IMG/VR virus record: IMGVR_UViG_3300032220_000788
Location: 1-27,029 of that record
Length of the DNA: 27,029 nucleotides
DNA from: a virus
Lineage: Duplodnaviria; Caudoviricetes
Strand: one strand, 5' to 3'
Below, piece by piece: positions 8,297 to 18,326 of this stretch (its first letter is position 1; the number at the start of each line of letters is the position of its first letter). Below the pieces are notes generated by a model. The model saw nothing but the letters and a program-made list of their open reading frames with translations, did not search any database and had not been told where the DNA came from. Position numbers and translations under genes: made by a program.

Positions 8297-10576
8297 ATGG
8301 CAGAAAAAACAATAGAACAGCTTGAAGCGGAGCTATCTTTAGTCAAAGATAGGCTAAGATTAGATCAAAATAGTTTTGAACTTAAACAAAAACAACTTGA
8401 TTTAGAAATCAAAATCTCAGAACTAGAAGCTAATAATTTAGCAAAAAACATAAGTTTATTGCAGCAACAAATTGCATTAGCACAACAAAACAATCAAAGC
8501 TATTCGCAACTTCAGCAACAACTTGATGCTACAAATGAAGACCTTAGAGAACAAATTGAATATATTGATGAATTAACAAATAGTCAAAAACAATTAACAG
8601 AAGCACAAAAAGCAGCACAAGCAGTACAACAAGCATCTCAAGAACAAGCTAAAAAATTGTTAGACCTTCTTGGACTTAAAGGAATTGATAAGAACACTTT
8701 AGCATATCAATTCTTTTCTAACCCAGAGGATCTTTTTGAAAACATTGGCAAACAAGTTGAAAAAGCTGGTGGTTTAATTGGAATTGTTACATCAAAGTTA
8801 TTATCTCTTTCTGTACAAGCAGCACAAGCTATAGCCAGAATATCAGTAGAACAATCGCTGTTAGCAGATAGATCGGTTGCTTCTCTTGCTGCTGCAACAG
8901 CAGCTAATCAGCAATACTTAATGTCTGTCTATGACGTTGGTCGTGGAAATACAGCATTAGGTATTGGCTTTGAACAAGCAAGCAAAGCAACAGCACAACT
9001 TTACGAAGGATTAAACACTTTTTCCGCACTTAATACAAGTACAAGAAATAGTCTTGTTGCAACAGCCGCAAGCTTGGAAAGACTTGGTATTTCTGGTGAA
9101 CAAACCGCACAAAGTATAGCCTCGTTATCTTTTATAATGGGCATATCCGAACTTCAAGCCGCAGATACATTAAAAACAATTGCTGCAATGGGACCAGCTA
9201 TGGGCGTTACAGCGAAAAGGATGGTTTCTGATTTCTTGCAAGTAAAAGATCAACTTTCTGTTTTTGGTAGTGAAATGGATGATACATTTATCAGACTCCA
9301 AGCACAATCAAAAGCAACAAATGTTGCAGTTGGTGATTTATTGAATCTTACAAATAAATTTGATACTTTTGAAGGTGCAGCAACGCAAGTTGCAAAATTA
9401 AATGCTATTCTTGGTGGTCCATTTCTTAGCTCAATGGCAATGATTGAAAATGTAGATCCAACAGATAGAATCAATATGTTGAGAGAAGCGGTTAATAATT
9501 CTGCTATTTCTTTTGAACAAATGAGCTATTATGAAAGGAAAGCAATTACAGAAGCAGGCGGGTTTAAATCTGTTGAAGAGGCACAAAGAGTTTTAAGTAT
9601 GTCTGCTGGGCAATACTCAAAAGAATTAGAAGAACAAACCGCAAGACGAGAAGAGTTGGATGCTGCAATTCAAAAATCAATACCAATTCAAGAAAAATTA
9701 TCTCTTATAATGGCAAACTTTGCAATTATTATGGAGCCTGTAATAACTGGAATAAGTGATTTTTTATCAGCAATTTTAGAAATGCAAGATAGTATGTCCA
9801 TTGCTGAATTTGTTGTTGGTGCAATTATTATTACTCTTGCTGCATTTGTAGTTGCTGTAGGTTTTGCTGCGCTTGCTGTTAAAATATTCGGTTTGATAAT
9901 GGGAGCTTCTGCACCCGCAGTAGTAGCAGGTTCAACAGCTATATCCGGTGGATTAACAGCAATTGGAACAGCAGCCGCCAGTATAACCGCATCAATACCC
10001 GTTCTTCTATCTCTTGCCGTTGTATTTATAGCAATAGCAGCAGCAGCTTATTTTGTTGGAGAAGCAATATATAAAACTTTTTATGGTTTAGCTGCTCTTA
10101 TAGCTGAAGGTGTAAAAGCACCAGAAGTATTTATAAATTTGGCAGCAGCAATCGGAGTATTGGCTCTCGCGATTTATGCACTATCAAATCCTCTTGCTAT
10201 TTTGGGTGCTCTTACACTAACTGCAACTTTGTATGGTATTGCTGACGCAGTTAATTCCATTGAAACAGATAAAATCTTTAATTTTAAAGTTATGATGGAA
10301 AAAATTGTAGAAGTTGTAGAACCAGATTCAATAAGTAATTTTGAAAAGTTTGCTGAAAAATTTGATTTAGTAACAAAAGCAACAAACGAAGTAAATGTAA
10401 ACAACACACAAGTATTATCTCAAATGCTAACAGCAACACAGAGTATACCACAAAGCTTAAAAGTTAACAATAATCAAACAATAGTTGTTAAGATTGGTGA
10501 TAGACAATTCAAGGGTGTTGTTGAGAAAGTGATTGATAGTGCCTATGCAGACCCCAACACTTATAGTCAAGGATAA
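8297..10576 (+). CDS. Tape measure protein, 759 aa
   Basis: Long Ala/Gln/Leu-rich helical protein with an N-terminal coiled coil, a KFDTFEGAATQVAKLNAILGG segment and a hydrophobic C-terminal region; follows the chaperone; GGGAG SD. Confidence 0.85.
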   Translation: MAEKTIEQLEAELSLVKDRLRLDQNSFELKQKQLDLEIKISELEANNLAKNISLLQQQIALAQQNNQSYSQLQQQLDATNEDLREQIEYIDELTNSQKQLTEAQKAAQAVQQASQEQAKKLLDLLGLKGIDKNTLAYQFFSNPEDLFENIGKQVEKAGGLIGIVTSKLLSLSVQAAQAIARISVEQSLLADRSVASLAAATAANQQYLMSVYDVGRGNTALGIGFEQASKATAQLYEGLNTFSALNTSTRNSLVATAASLERLGISGEQTAQSIASLSFIMGISELQAADTLKTIAAMGPAMGVTAKRMVSDFLQVKDQLSVFGSEMDDTFIRLQAQSKATNVAVGDLLNLTNKFDTFEGAATQVAKLNAILGGPFLSSMAMIENVDPTDRINMLREAVNNSAISFEQMSYYERKAITEAGGFKSVEEAQRVLSMSAGQYSKELEEQTARREELDAAIQKSIPIQEKLSLIMANFAIIMEPVITGISDFLSAILEMQDSMSIAEFVVGAIIITLAAFVVAVGFAALAVKIFGLIMGASAPAVVAGSTAISGGLTAIGTAAASITASIPVLLSLAVVFIAIAAAAYFVGEAIYKTFYGLAALIAEGVKAPEVFINLAAAIGVLALAIYALSNPLAILGALTLTATLYGIADAVNSIETDKIFNFKVMMEKIVEVVEPDSISNFEKFAEKFDLVTKATNEVNVNNTQVLSQMLTATQSIPQSLKVNNNQTIVVKIGDRQFKGVVEKVIDSAYADPNTYSQG

Positions 10577-10580
10577 ATAA

Positions 10581-11414
10581 ATGGAACAATACCCAGAAAC
10601 ATTTTCCGGAATTATTAAAAATACTAATGAATTATTTAAAATTTATAGTGTTACACACGATGTTGTTTTTTACTTTGTTCCATACGATTTTAAGATGAAA
10701 GAAAATTTTAATATTAGTTGGAATCAACAAAGTGTAATTGGTCGTATGGACCCTATAGCAACTTTTAAAAATATGGGAAGAAATTTAACAATATCCTTCC
10801 AAGCAAGACAAAAACTTCAAGATACAAGAACTAAATTAAGCTTTACGCCAGACGAATTATTACACTCCATTGATCACTTAAAGAAATGTTTGTATCCAAA
10901 ATATGAAAGTTCAACTGAAGCTATGACTTCTCCTCCTTTGTTTAGATTACAATATAAAAATTTAATCAATGCTGGAGAAAAACAATTTGGTATTGAGGCA
11001 ACTAATGGTGTTCTTGGATACATGACAGCTTTTGCTGCTGATTTTGTAACAGAACCAAATAGCATTTATCATCGTGGTAATTTGGCATATCCAAAAGTGT
11101 TTGATATTAATTTCACGTTTTCCGTATTAAACGAGGAACTTGTTGAAACACAAAACGTAGGAATAACCAATCAAGAATTCTTTTATCAATATGGACATAA
11201 ACATGCAACTCACGTAGGTATTAATGTTGAACCAGTTATTCCTGTTGATTCTAAAGAGCCTGCTGCAACTGCAACAACACCCGGCGCAGCAACAACAACT
11301 CCATCTAGCACAGCAACTACTACCACCGCTGCACCAACGGCAGCAACTAACGGTACAGGAACAAGTGGTACTTTTGATGCTATAAAAAATACTATTTTAA
11401 AGTTTGTGAGGTAA
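10581..11414 (+). CDS. Baseplate / tube-initiator-like protein with Thr/Ala-rich tail
   Basis: WNQQSVIGRMDPIATFKNMGRNLTISF and LYPKY..SPPLFRL motifs; position right after the tape measure gene. Confidence 0.6.
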   Translation: MEQYPETFSGIIKNTNELFKIYSVTHDVVFYFVPYDFKMKENFNISWNQQSVIGRMDPIATFKNMGRNLTISFQARQKLQDTRTKLSFTPDELLHSIDHLKKCLYPKYESSTEAMTSPPLFRLQYKNLINAGEKQFGIEATNGVLGYMTAFAADFVTEPNSIYHRGNLAYPKVFDINFTFSVLNEELVETQNVGITNQEFFYQYGHKHATHVGINVEPVIPVDSKEPAATATTPGAATTTPSSTATTTTAAPTAATNGTGTSGTFDAIKNTILKFVR

Positions 11415-11417
11415 CGA

Positions 11418-11756
11418 ATGTCAAGATACTTAACATTAAACAAAAAAACAACAAGTATACAAACTACAGATTCAATGTACGATGTTATCAATAAACGCAA
11501 TGTTGAACAAGTAACACACTATGTTACAAAGCAACTTAACAAGATAACAGCAGAGGACATTAACGACTTAAATATAACTGCTCATATTTGGCACTCAACA
11601 GACAAATATTGGAAGTTATCTTCTACATATTATGGTGATCCACAATATTGGTACATAATTGCTTGGTTTAATAACAAACCAGTTGAATCAATGAACAATA
11701 TTGGAGATCAAATTTTAATTCCTCAACCATTAGATAGAATACTAGAGTTGTACTAA
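11418..11756 (+). CDS. LysM-like baseplate wedge protein (gp53 / tail X-like)
   Basis: DKYWKLSSTYYGDPQYWYIIAWFN..IGDQILIP is the characteristic LysM-like baseplate motif. Confidence 0.8.
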   Translation: MSRYLTLNKKTTSIQTTDSMYDVINKRNVEQVTHYVTKQLNKITAEDINDLNITAHIWHSTDKYWKLSSTYYGDPQYWYIIAWFNNKPVESMNNIGDQILIPQPLDRILELY

Positions 11757-11757
11757 T

Positions 11758-14559
11758 ATGCCTTCTTCGACTCCCAATCAACCAAATGATCTTATAAAGT
11801 TTGATCCTCAAACATATTTGCTTTCTTATTTTGAAGAATTAACACAGAAATATAGCAATGATTACGAATACAAAAATGTTTACGCATTATCTACTGACTC
11901 AAAAGATAGCTTTCCAAAAACAATGGCTGTTTTGCAAAATAGAGCAGGATCAAATTCTTTTATTCAATTACCAACAAGAAAATACAATGCTCTTGTTCCA
12001 AGAATAAGATTATATAGAGTAACGTATAACGATCAATACGAAGTTAAAAGCCAAAAAGAATTTGTTTTTAAAAAAGATAGTTCTTACAAAATTACCGATC
12101 CTATTTCAAAAAACAATTGTGGTATAAAAAGCATGAGTTGGAAGCTAGCGGGCACTAATCCTGTAACGGCTGAAAAACAAGTAGAGGTACAAATTGAATT
12201 TTATTTTGATTCAATTAATGCTTTTTCGGGTGGTAATTATACATTAATGGCTAGCGCATATCAATCTGGTGGAGACTTGGATGGTACAAGCTTTAATTTT
12301 TGTGATTCAGAAAAAACAACTAAAAACTATTGGTCCTTAATCTTTCATCCACAAACTAAAAAGAGTGTTTATAATACATTTGATTTTAGAATAAAAGCAT
12401 ATGTTGGCTGGGAAGACATTGACTTTGATATTGTTAAAAGTTTAGGTTTTACTGCATTACAATTAGAGGATATAAAAAAGCTAAATTATGGTTTTTTCTT
12501 AAATTTAATTAAACATGAATTTAAATTTAATGAAGATGGAAGTTTGGGATTAACAGCAAATTATATTGCTTCTTTTGAAAGTTCAACTTTTAATCAAAAC
12601 TTTGATCTTCTCGGAAATATGAAAGAAAGAATTGAAGCATTAAAATCCAGAACAATTGGAAGACTTGAACTTGGTCAAGGTACCACAAATTCAGATTTAG
12701 ATAAAGCAGTAACTGAATTAAACCAACTTGGTCTTGGCGTTACTAAAGAACAATTAACTAACGCAACTCCACAAGACATAGAACAATTAAATGCAAAATT
12801 GAGAATTGTTCAAGAAATTTCTAGTGATCCAGCAAAAAAACAACAATATTTAAGTTGTAACGCTGTTCAAACTGATCCAAGTTTAAAGAGCATTATTGAA
12901 AACATTAGCTCAAGCAATGTCAGCACTTCTGCTGCTACAGCAGCATTAAACCAATTAAGCTCAAATGCGTTGAATCAAGCAACAGCAATTGTAAAAAATA
13001 GATTTTATAGCAGTCTGATAGACAAAATATTTAATGCAGCAAATTCTTCAGTTTTTTCAGTATTTACGGAGCCTACTGATATTCAAAATTGGAATTCTTG
13101 GGCACAAGGAATTGGTACAAAACCACCACTTGTTACAACAAAACCTGCCGGTGCAGGTGGAACCGGTACTCCTCCCCCACCAACTCCCACTACAACTCCA
13201 CCACCCCCAACAACAGGTGGTGCAGATTTGCAACAATTAGCTAACAATACTTTAGAAGCATATACACAACAAGTGAAACAAATTCAATTCACAACAATTG
13301 GTCATATAATAGATGCCGCTTTTGCAGTAATAGAGGAAAATATAACTCAAAATAGTTCAATAGTTTTACTTACAACAGCAGGACTATTAAATGAACTAAA
13401 TAGAATAAAAATTATGTTAAGTAATTTATCAAATGAATTTAGAGTTTTTAATATTGGTGGTGGTTCAAATTCTTTAAATCAAGCAAATATGGCATATATT
13501 CCAGTTGATATGTTTTTTTTAAAAGCATTTTTGATTGAAAAATTAGTCAAACAACAAAGAGATTCTTATCCTTTATTTTTATTTTTAAAAGATGTTGTTT
13601 CATCTTTAATAATTAATGCATTAAATATTAAAAATATATATAAAGAAGATACAACAAAATTTACCAATGCATCATTAGCAAGTGCAATTTTATATTTTAA
13701 TGGTGATTTGGGAGATTTTAAAAGTGGTAATAACAAAATAGAAGCTTCAAAATTAACTCAAAATACTTTAGATAACTATTATTTAAAATATAGTAACAGA
13801 AATAAAGACAAATTTGTTGGTCATTTTTTAATTTATGATAAATATATGAAAGATTTTGTTCCACCACAAGGAAACGCAAATAGCATTAGAAGACAAAATG
13901 AGCAAAATGGTATTTATCATTTTACATTTGGTCAAGATTATGGATTGGTAAAATCAATTAATTTTAGCAGAATTGATATATCATATACAAAAGAAGCAAA
14001 AGCAACAGGAACAAAGACATTTTATCTTGGACAATTTAGAGATATCTACAATGCTGATATTACAATGGTAGGAAACAATTTTTATACACCCGGTATGTTA
14101 TTGTATATCAAACCATCAATTGAAACAAGTATTGTTACAAGTGGAGTAGCACCAAATTTTTCTCAAATTACTGGTATTGGAGGATATTATCAAGTTCTTG
14201 AAGTTGAGTCTTCTATCTCTGAAGATGGATACGAGACAAAGCTGAAAACCATCTGGCAAACAGATGGATTTGAGTTTAATTCTGAAACAACAGATCAAGA
14301 CGAATGTAGCAGGGCGTTAGCTAATGCAGGATTTGGACCAACTGCTGGTGGTATTCAAATTGATTTGTCTGAATTAGATAAAGCAACTAAAAATTCACAA
14401 ATTCAAGCAATAGAGGCTCAAATTGCCGAAGTTCAGAAGCAAATTAGCGATATCAGTAGAAGCCCCGCCGGGGCAACTAGCTCCGAGACTAGAATTAGAG
14501 GCTTAACCGAACGACTAACAAAACTTAATGAAGAATTAAATAATTTAAAACAACTATAA
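11758..14559 (+). CDS. Baseplate hub protein (gp27 / late control D-like), 933 aa
   Basis: C-terminal FGQDYGLVKSINFS..YNADITMVGN..TPGMLLYI..GIGGYYQVLEVESSIS..YETKL pattern; follows the LysM gene. Confidence 0.65.
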   Translation: MPSSTPNQPNDLIKFDPQTYLLSYFEELTQKYSNDYEYKNVYALSTDSKDSFPKTMAVLQNRAGSNSFIQLPTRKYNALVPRIRLYRVTYNDQYEVKSQKEFVFKKDSSYKITDPISKNNCGIKSMSWKLAGTNPVTAEKQVEVQIEFYFDSINAFSGGNYTLMASAYQSGGDLDGTSFNFCDSEKTTKNYWSLIFHPQTKKSVYNTFDFRIKAYVGWEDIDFDIVKSLGFTALQLEDIKKLNYGFFLNLIKHEFKFNEDGSLGLTANYIASFESSTFNQNFDLLGNMKERIEALKSRTIGRLELGQGTTNSDLDKAVTELNQLGLGVTKEQLTNATPQDIEQLNAKLRIVQEISSDPAKKQQYLSCNAVQTDPSLKSIIENISSSNVSTSAATAALNQLSSNALNQATAIVKNRFYSSLIDKIFNAANSSVFSVFTEPTDIQNWNSWAQGIGTKPPLVTTKPAGAGGTGTPPPPTPTTTPPPPTTGGADLQQLANNTLEAYTQQVKQIQFTTIGHIIDAAFAVIEENITQNSSIVLLTTAGLLNELNRIKIMLSNLSNEFRVFNIGGGSNSLNQANMAYIPVDMFFLKAFLIEKLVKQQRDSYPLFLFLKDVVSSLIINALNIKNIYKEDTTKFTNASLASAILYFNGDLGDFKSGNNKIEASKLTQNTLDNYYLKYSNRNKDKFVGHFLIYDKYMKDFVPPQGNANSIRRQNEQNGIYHFTFGQDYGLVKSINFSRIDISYTKEAKATGTKTFYLGQFRDIYNADITMVGNNFYTPGMLLYIKPSIETSIVTSGVAPNFSQITGIGGYYQVLEVESSISEDGYETKLKTIWQTDGFEFNSETTDQDECSRALANAGFGPTAGGIQIDLSELDKATKNSQIQAIEAQIAEVQKQISDISRSPAGATSSETRIRGLTERLTKLNEELNNLKQL

Positions 14560-14574
14560 ACAGGAAAACCATAA

Positions 14575-15762
14575 ATGGCTAATAACCAAACCAAAACATC
14601 AGTCTTATACCCTCAAAGACTATATTACAAATATAATTTTTTCAATGATGTTGAGAACAAAATTGATTTTTGGTCACAAAGAAAATACTATGGTTTATTA
14701 GATCACAATGGAACACCTGTTTATTTGAATAAACAATTCTTAAAAACCATATCAATGCCTTCTACTACAAATACTTCTGTAAGACAAACAACAATTAACT
14801 TCGTTTCAGATTCATTTAAGCAAATGATAACGGATCTTAAAACAGCAGAACCTTATTTGAATTTACCAAAATCAAACTATAACCCTTTAAACATAAAAAA
14901 GTCTACTTTGTTATTTGAAACAGAATACAAAAACTATATGACAAATTTATTAAATATTTTCTATAGTGGAATTAAAACAGAGTATGATTCAAGCGTGATA
15001 TCTTTTAAAGACTTCTTGAAATTATTTATTAACTATATGGTAGACTCAGAGAGATATGTAATAACACAATCTGCATTTTTGACAAGTTATTATTCCTCTC
15101 CTTTATTAACTGGACTTGTCATCGAATTCAGCGATAAGCCACACGATGATGACTCAATAAAGATTAATAATTTTATTTATGATCCGAACTTTACATTTTT
15201 TTGTGATACTATGGGCAAGTATAGTTTTATGGTTGACAAAAATGCACCTTGGAGAGTAGTATATAATCTTGGAACAGAATTTGCCAAAGAAAAAATGAGT
15301 GCTTATGGAATTACAAGTTTGGAAGATATGTTTTCAAAGTATTATGTTTATCCACACTTAACAGAATATGAAGAAATCAAAAAACAATTAATTAAGTTTT
15401 ATTTAAAAAATACAAAAGAACAAATTACCAAAAGCACATACTGCTCTGTAAAAAAAGCTCTAACTTTTGAAGTTATACAAACAAAACGTGATACAGATAT
15501 GGACGAAGTATTCTGGATTCAGTTGTATTATTACATACGCTGCAAGGAAGAAAAGATTGAAATGCATCAATCTCAATTTAACAAAAACTTGTCTAGAATA
15601 ACTACAATGTATAATAGTTTAGGAAAAACTTATACATTAGAGTGGATTTTAAGCGAAACAAAAAAGTTTATTGATGGTGGAACGAATCCGAGTTACATAC
15701 AATATCGTACAATTTCAAAACGGAAATTGGACAACACAACGCCATACAGCTTTGTTTTATAA
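14575..15762 (+). CDS. Hypothetical protein, probably baseplate-associated
   Basis: 395-aa ORF with AGGA SD in the same operon as the hub gene; no motif recognised. Confidence 0.5.
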   Translation: MANNQTKTSVLYPQRLYYKYNFFNDVENKIDFWSQRKYYGLLDHNGTPVYLNKQFLKTISMPSTTNTSVRQTTINFVSDSFKQMITDLKTAEPYLNLPKSNYNPLNIKKSTLLFETEYKNYMTNLLNIFYSGIKTEYDSSVISFKDFLKLFINYMVDSERYVITQSAFLTSYYSSPLLTGLVIEFSDKPHDDDSIKINNFIYDPNFTFFCDTMGKYSFMVDKNAPWRVVYNLGTEFAKEKMSAYGITSLEDMFSKYYVYPHLTEYEEIKKQLIKFYLKNTKEQITKSTYCSVKKALTFEVIQTKRDTDMDEVFWIQLYYYIRCKEEKIEMHQSQFNKNLSRITTMYNSLGKTYTLEWILSETKKFIDGGTNPSYIQYRTISKRKLDNTTPYSFVL

Positions 15763-15771
15763 GAAGGAAAA

Positions 15772-16974
15772 ATGATTTTTGAAGTAATCGACAATAAATA
15801 TGATTGCTTTGGCTATTTCTTTAACGGATATATTTCCCACAACCCACCAGAAGAAAAAGAACAACATTTTTGTTGGACTTATAATCCAGTTTTAGATAAT
15901 TATTGTAATGTGGAATATGTTTCATTGTATTGTGGTGGCAAGACAATTAGTGAAGTATGTCCAGAACATTTACAAGAAGATTGGAAATACTTAAATGATA
16001 AGTTTAAAGCTTTCTTCCGATCATTTTTTCTTGCTAAGATTAACTTGGAAGAGAACTGCTATTATGATATGGTGCCGTTGTCCTTCTTGGTTGATTACTT
16101 TTCTGTAAAAACCAAGATTATCGAATATGTTGTCAAAACTTATAAAAAGCCAAGTAACTACGAACATCTTTTAGAAGTTATGAAGGTTTGCAATAAAATT
16201 GCAAATCAAAAACTTAACGTTGATACTTCTGTTCTGGATCTAAAAATTGCAAATCCCGTAGTTAAAAAAGCTAAAGTTAAATACAGCAATCTTTCACCAT
16301 ATATCAAGTACGATATCTTTGGAACAAAGACGGGCAGACTTTCAACCATTTCCCGTTCTTTTCCAATTCATCAACTTGATAAGGACTTTCGTAATGTTAT
16401 AAAACCAACTAATGATTGGTTTTTGGAGTTGGACTTTAATGGAGCAGAATTGAGGACGTTCCTTGCGCTTGCAGGAAAGCCTCAACCAAATATTGATATT
16501 CATGATTGGAACGTAGAGAATATTTTTGATGGTAAGTATGATAGAGAAGAGAGTAAAAAGAAGATTTTTGCATGGCTATATGGTGAAACAGAAAACAAGA
16601 AAGCAGAAGAGATATACAACAAAGAACAAGTTAGAAACAAGTATTGGGATGGGACAAAGGTAACAACATATTGGGGTAGAGAGATAGAAGCAGATAAACA
16701 CCACTCACTTTCGTATATTGTTCAATCTACGTTTGCTGATTTGGTACTTAAACAGATGGTAAAAGTCTGTAAACTCTTGGAGGGATATAAGTCTTTCATT
16801 TCATTTACGATTCATGACAACATTATTGTGGATTTAGCAGACGATGAAAAGCATCTTTTGCCACAAATTGTCGAAGTGTTTTCAGATACAGACCTTGGAA
16901 AGTTCCTTGTCAACTTGAAAGCAGGTCCGAATTTTGGTGAAATGAAGAAAATTAACTATAAACAGACTATTTAG
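15772..16974 (+). CDS. Compact family A DNA polymerase-like protein
   Basis: TKTGRLS, motif A ELDFNGAELR, motif B REESKKKIFAWLYG, VTTYWGR, YIVQSTFAD and motif C TIHDNI. Confidence 0.8.
   Translation: MIFEVIDNKYDCFGYFFNGYISHNPPEEKEQHFCWTYNPVLDNYCNVEYVSLYCGGKTISEVCPEHLQEDWKYLNDKFKAFFRSFFLAKINLEENCYYDMVPLSFLVDYFSVKTKIIEYVVKTYKKPSNYEHLLEVMKVCNKIANQKLNVDTSVLDLKIANPVVKKAKVKYSNLSPYIKYDIFGTKTGRLSTISRSFPIHQLDKDFRNVIKPTNDWFLELDFNGAELRTFLALAGKPQPNIDIHDWNVENIFDGKYDREESKKKIFAWLYGETENKKAEEIYNKEQVRNKYWDGTKVTTYWGREIEADKHHSLSYIVQSTFADLVLKQMVKVCKLLEGYKSFISFTIHDNIIVDLADDEKHLLPQIVEVFSDTDLGKFLVNLKAGPNFGEMKKINYKQTI
16966..16973 (+). promoter_or_regulatory. Putative late promoter motif ACTATTTA
   Basis: Recurrent motif overlapping the polymerase stop codon, upstream of an AGGG SD and ORF 16994. 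Confidence 0.5.
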
Positions 16975-16993
16975 GCTATAAGGGAATATTAAG

Positions 16994-17347
16994 ATGGAAC
17001 AAATTGCTCAAATGATGATTGAAATGGAGCAACAACTTCGTATATGGCATTGGCAAACAAAGCTATATTCAAGACACCAAGCATATGGTATAACATATAG
17101 CAAACTTGGTGACTTAATTGATTCATTTATGGAAGTTTATATGGGCAAATACGATAGAGTATCAGCACCAGCTTCTATTCAACTTGAAGATTTGGGCGAA
17201 AACGTAGAGCAAAAGCTTGAACAATACACACAATTTTTAATTGGATTAAGCCAACAAATGGATAGTGCAGATTCTGATCTTCTTAATATCCGTGATGAAA
17301 TGCTTGCTCTTATAAACAAACTTAAATACCTTCTTACACTTAAATAA
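16994..17347 (+). CDS. Ferritin/Dps-like four-helix protein (DUF5856-like)
   Basis: HWQT..YSRHQAYG..Y..LGDLIDSFMEVYMGKY and DLLNIRDEML..INKLKYLLTL motifs. Confidence 0.75.
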   Translation: MEQIAQMMIEMEQQLRIWHWQTKLYSRHQAYGITYSKLGDLIDSFMEVYMGKYDRVSAPASIQLEDLGENVEQKLEQYTQFLIGLSQQMDSADSDLLNIRDEMLALINKLKYLLTLK

Positions 17348-17351
17348 AAAA

Positions 17352-18293
17352 ATGAATAAAGAGAAACAAATATTACAAGAGTGTAAAAACCTTATCGAAC
17401 AAAACGAGCCTTTTCAGAAAAAGATGAAGGCTAAACATAGTCGTATGAAAAAGAGAGTTATTGGTCATGGAGGACAAGCAAATACTCCTCCATTTTCTGA
17501 AAAGCCTTCGATGGAACGCTCAAAGTCTGCACCACCTATGGGCGAAGCAAAAGAAGAGCTTCGTGGTGGAAAAGCAGATAACAGACCAGATTCTGATTTT
17601 GATGCAGAACAACTTAAAAATGGTATAAAGCAAGAATTAGAACACACAAACAATAAAAAGCTTGCTAAAGAAATAGCAAAAGATCATTTATCAGAAGATC
17701 CAAAATATTATTCTAAACTTAAAAAAGCAAAAATTGATGAAGCATTAAGTGATTTCTTTGGGTTTATGACAACTAAAGCCAAACAACAACCAAAGAAAAC
17801 AGAATATAAATACGAAGAAGGCAAAGACTACAATCACGTTTTTCGTAATATTTATGTAGGTGCTGCACCAATAAGTGGTGGTAAAATAATTGATAGTGCT
17901 TTGCAAACTTTTGACTTAATTATCGTTATGTCAAAACAAGTTGCAGACCTTGTTGAAAGAAATGAAATACCAAAAAATGTCATAATAAAATATGCAATTG
18001 AAGATACAATAAACCCAACACCAGAAGAAAAGGTAAAACTTAAACAAGCTGGAAAGTATGGGGAGCAATTCATTAAAAACAATCCAAAATCTAAAGTTCT
18101 ATATACCTGCTCACAAGGTCTTAACAGATCGGCAGCAGCAGCTTGTATTACCATGTTGGAACTTGGCATTTCTCCAGAAGAAGCAATCAATAAGGTAGAA
18201 GCAGCAAGAGGTCCAAAAACTTTAACGTTAAGTGGTCCTCCGCAAGAACATGCAGGATTTGTTCCTGTGATTAAAGGTGAAGATAAAAAATAA
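17352..18293 (+). CDS. Modular protein: basic N-terminal module + DUF5661-like domain + dual-specificity/tyrosine phosphatase domain
   Basis: GIKQELEHT..AKEIAKDHLSEDPKYYSKL (DUF5661-like); IYVG, IED acid loop and CSQGLNRS (CX5R) phosphatase P-loop. Confidence 0.75.
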   Translation: MNKEKQILQECKNLIEQNEPFQKKMKAKHSRMKKRVIGHGGQANTPPFSEKPSMERSKSAPPMGEAKEELRGGKADNRPDSDFDAEQLKNGIKQELEHTNNKKLAKEIAKDHLSEDPKYYSKLKKAKIDEALSDFFGFMTTKAKQQPKKTEYKYEEGKDYNHVFRNIYVGAAPISGGKIIDSALQTFDLIIVMSKQVADLVERNEIPKNVIIKYAIEDTINPTPEEKVKLKQAGKYGEQFIKNNPKSKVLYTCSQGLNRSAAAACITMLELGISPEEAINKVEAARGPKTLTLSGPPQEHAGFVPVIKGEDKK

Positions 18294-18294
18294 C

Positions 18295-18322
18295 TTGACC
18301 CTTTTTGTTTATATGTTATAAT
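18295..18322 (+). promoter_or_regulatory. Sigma70-type promoter
   Basis: TTGACC-16 nt-TATAAT with an extended TGn. Confidence 0.7.
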
Positions 18323-18326
18323 GTGT

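Noticed and set aside
2927-14559. Extracellular contractile injection system or tailocin interpretation
   Set aside because: Capsid, neck, SSB, RecA and polymerase genes are adjacent, so this is a phage genome.
15589-15615. TTGTCT...TATAAT as promoter for the PolA-like gene
   Set aside because: 15-nt spacer, intragenic, and in very AT-rich sequence; too weak to call.
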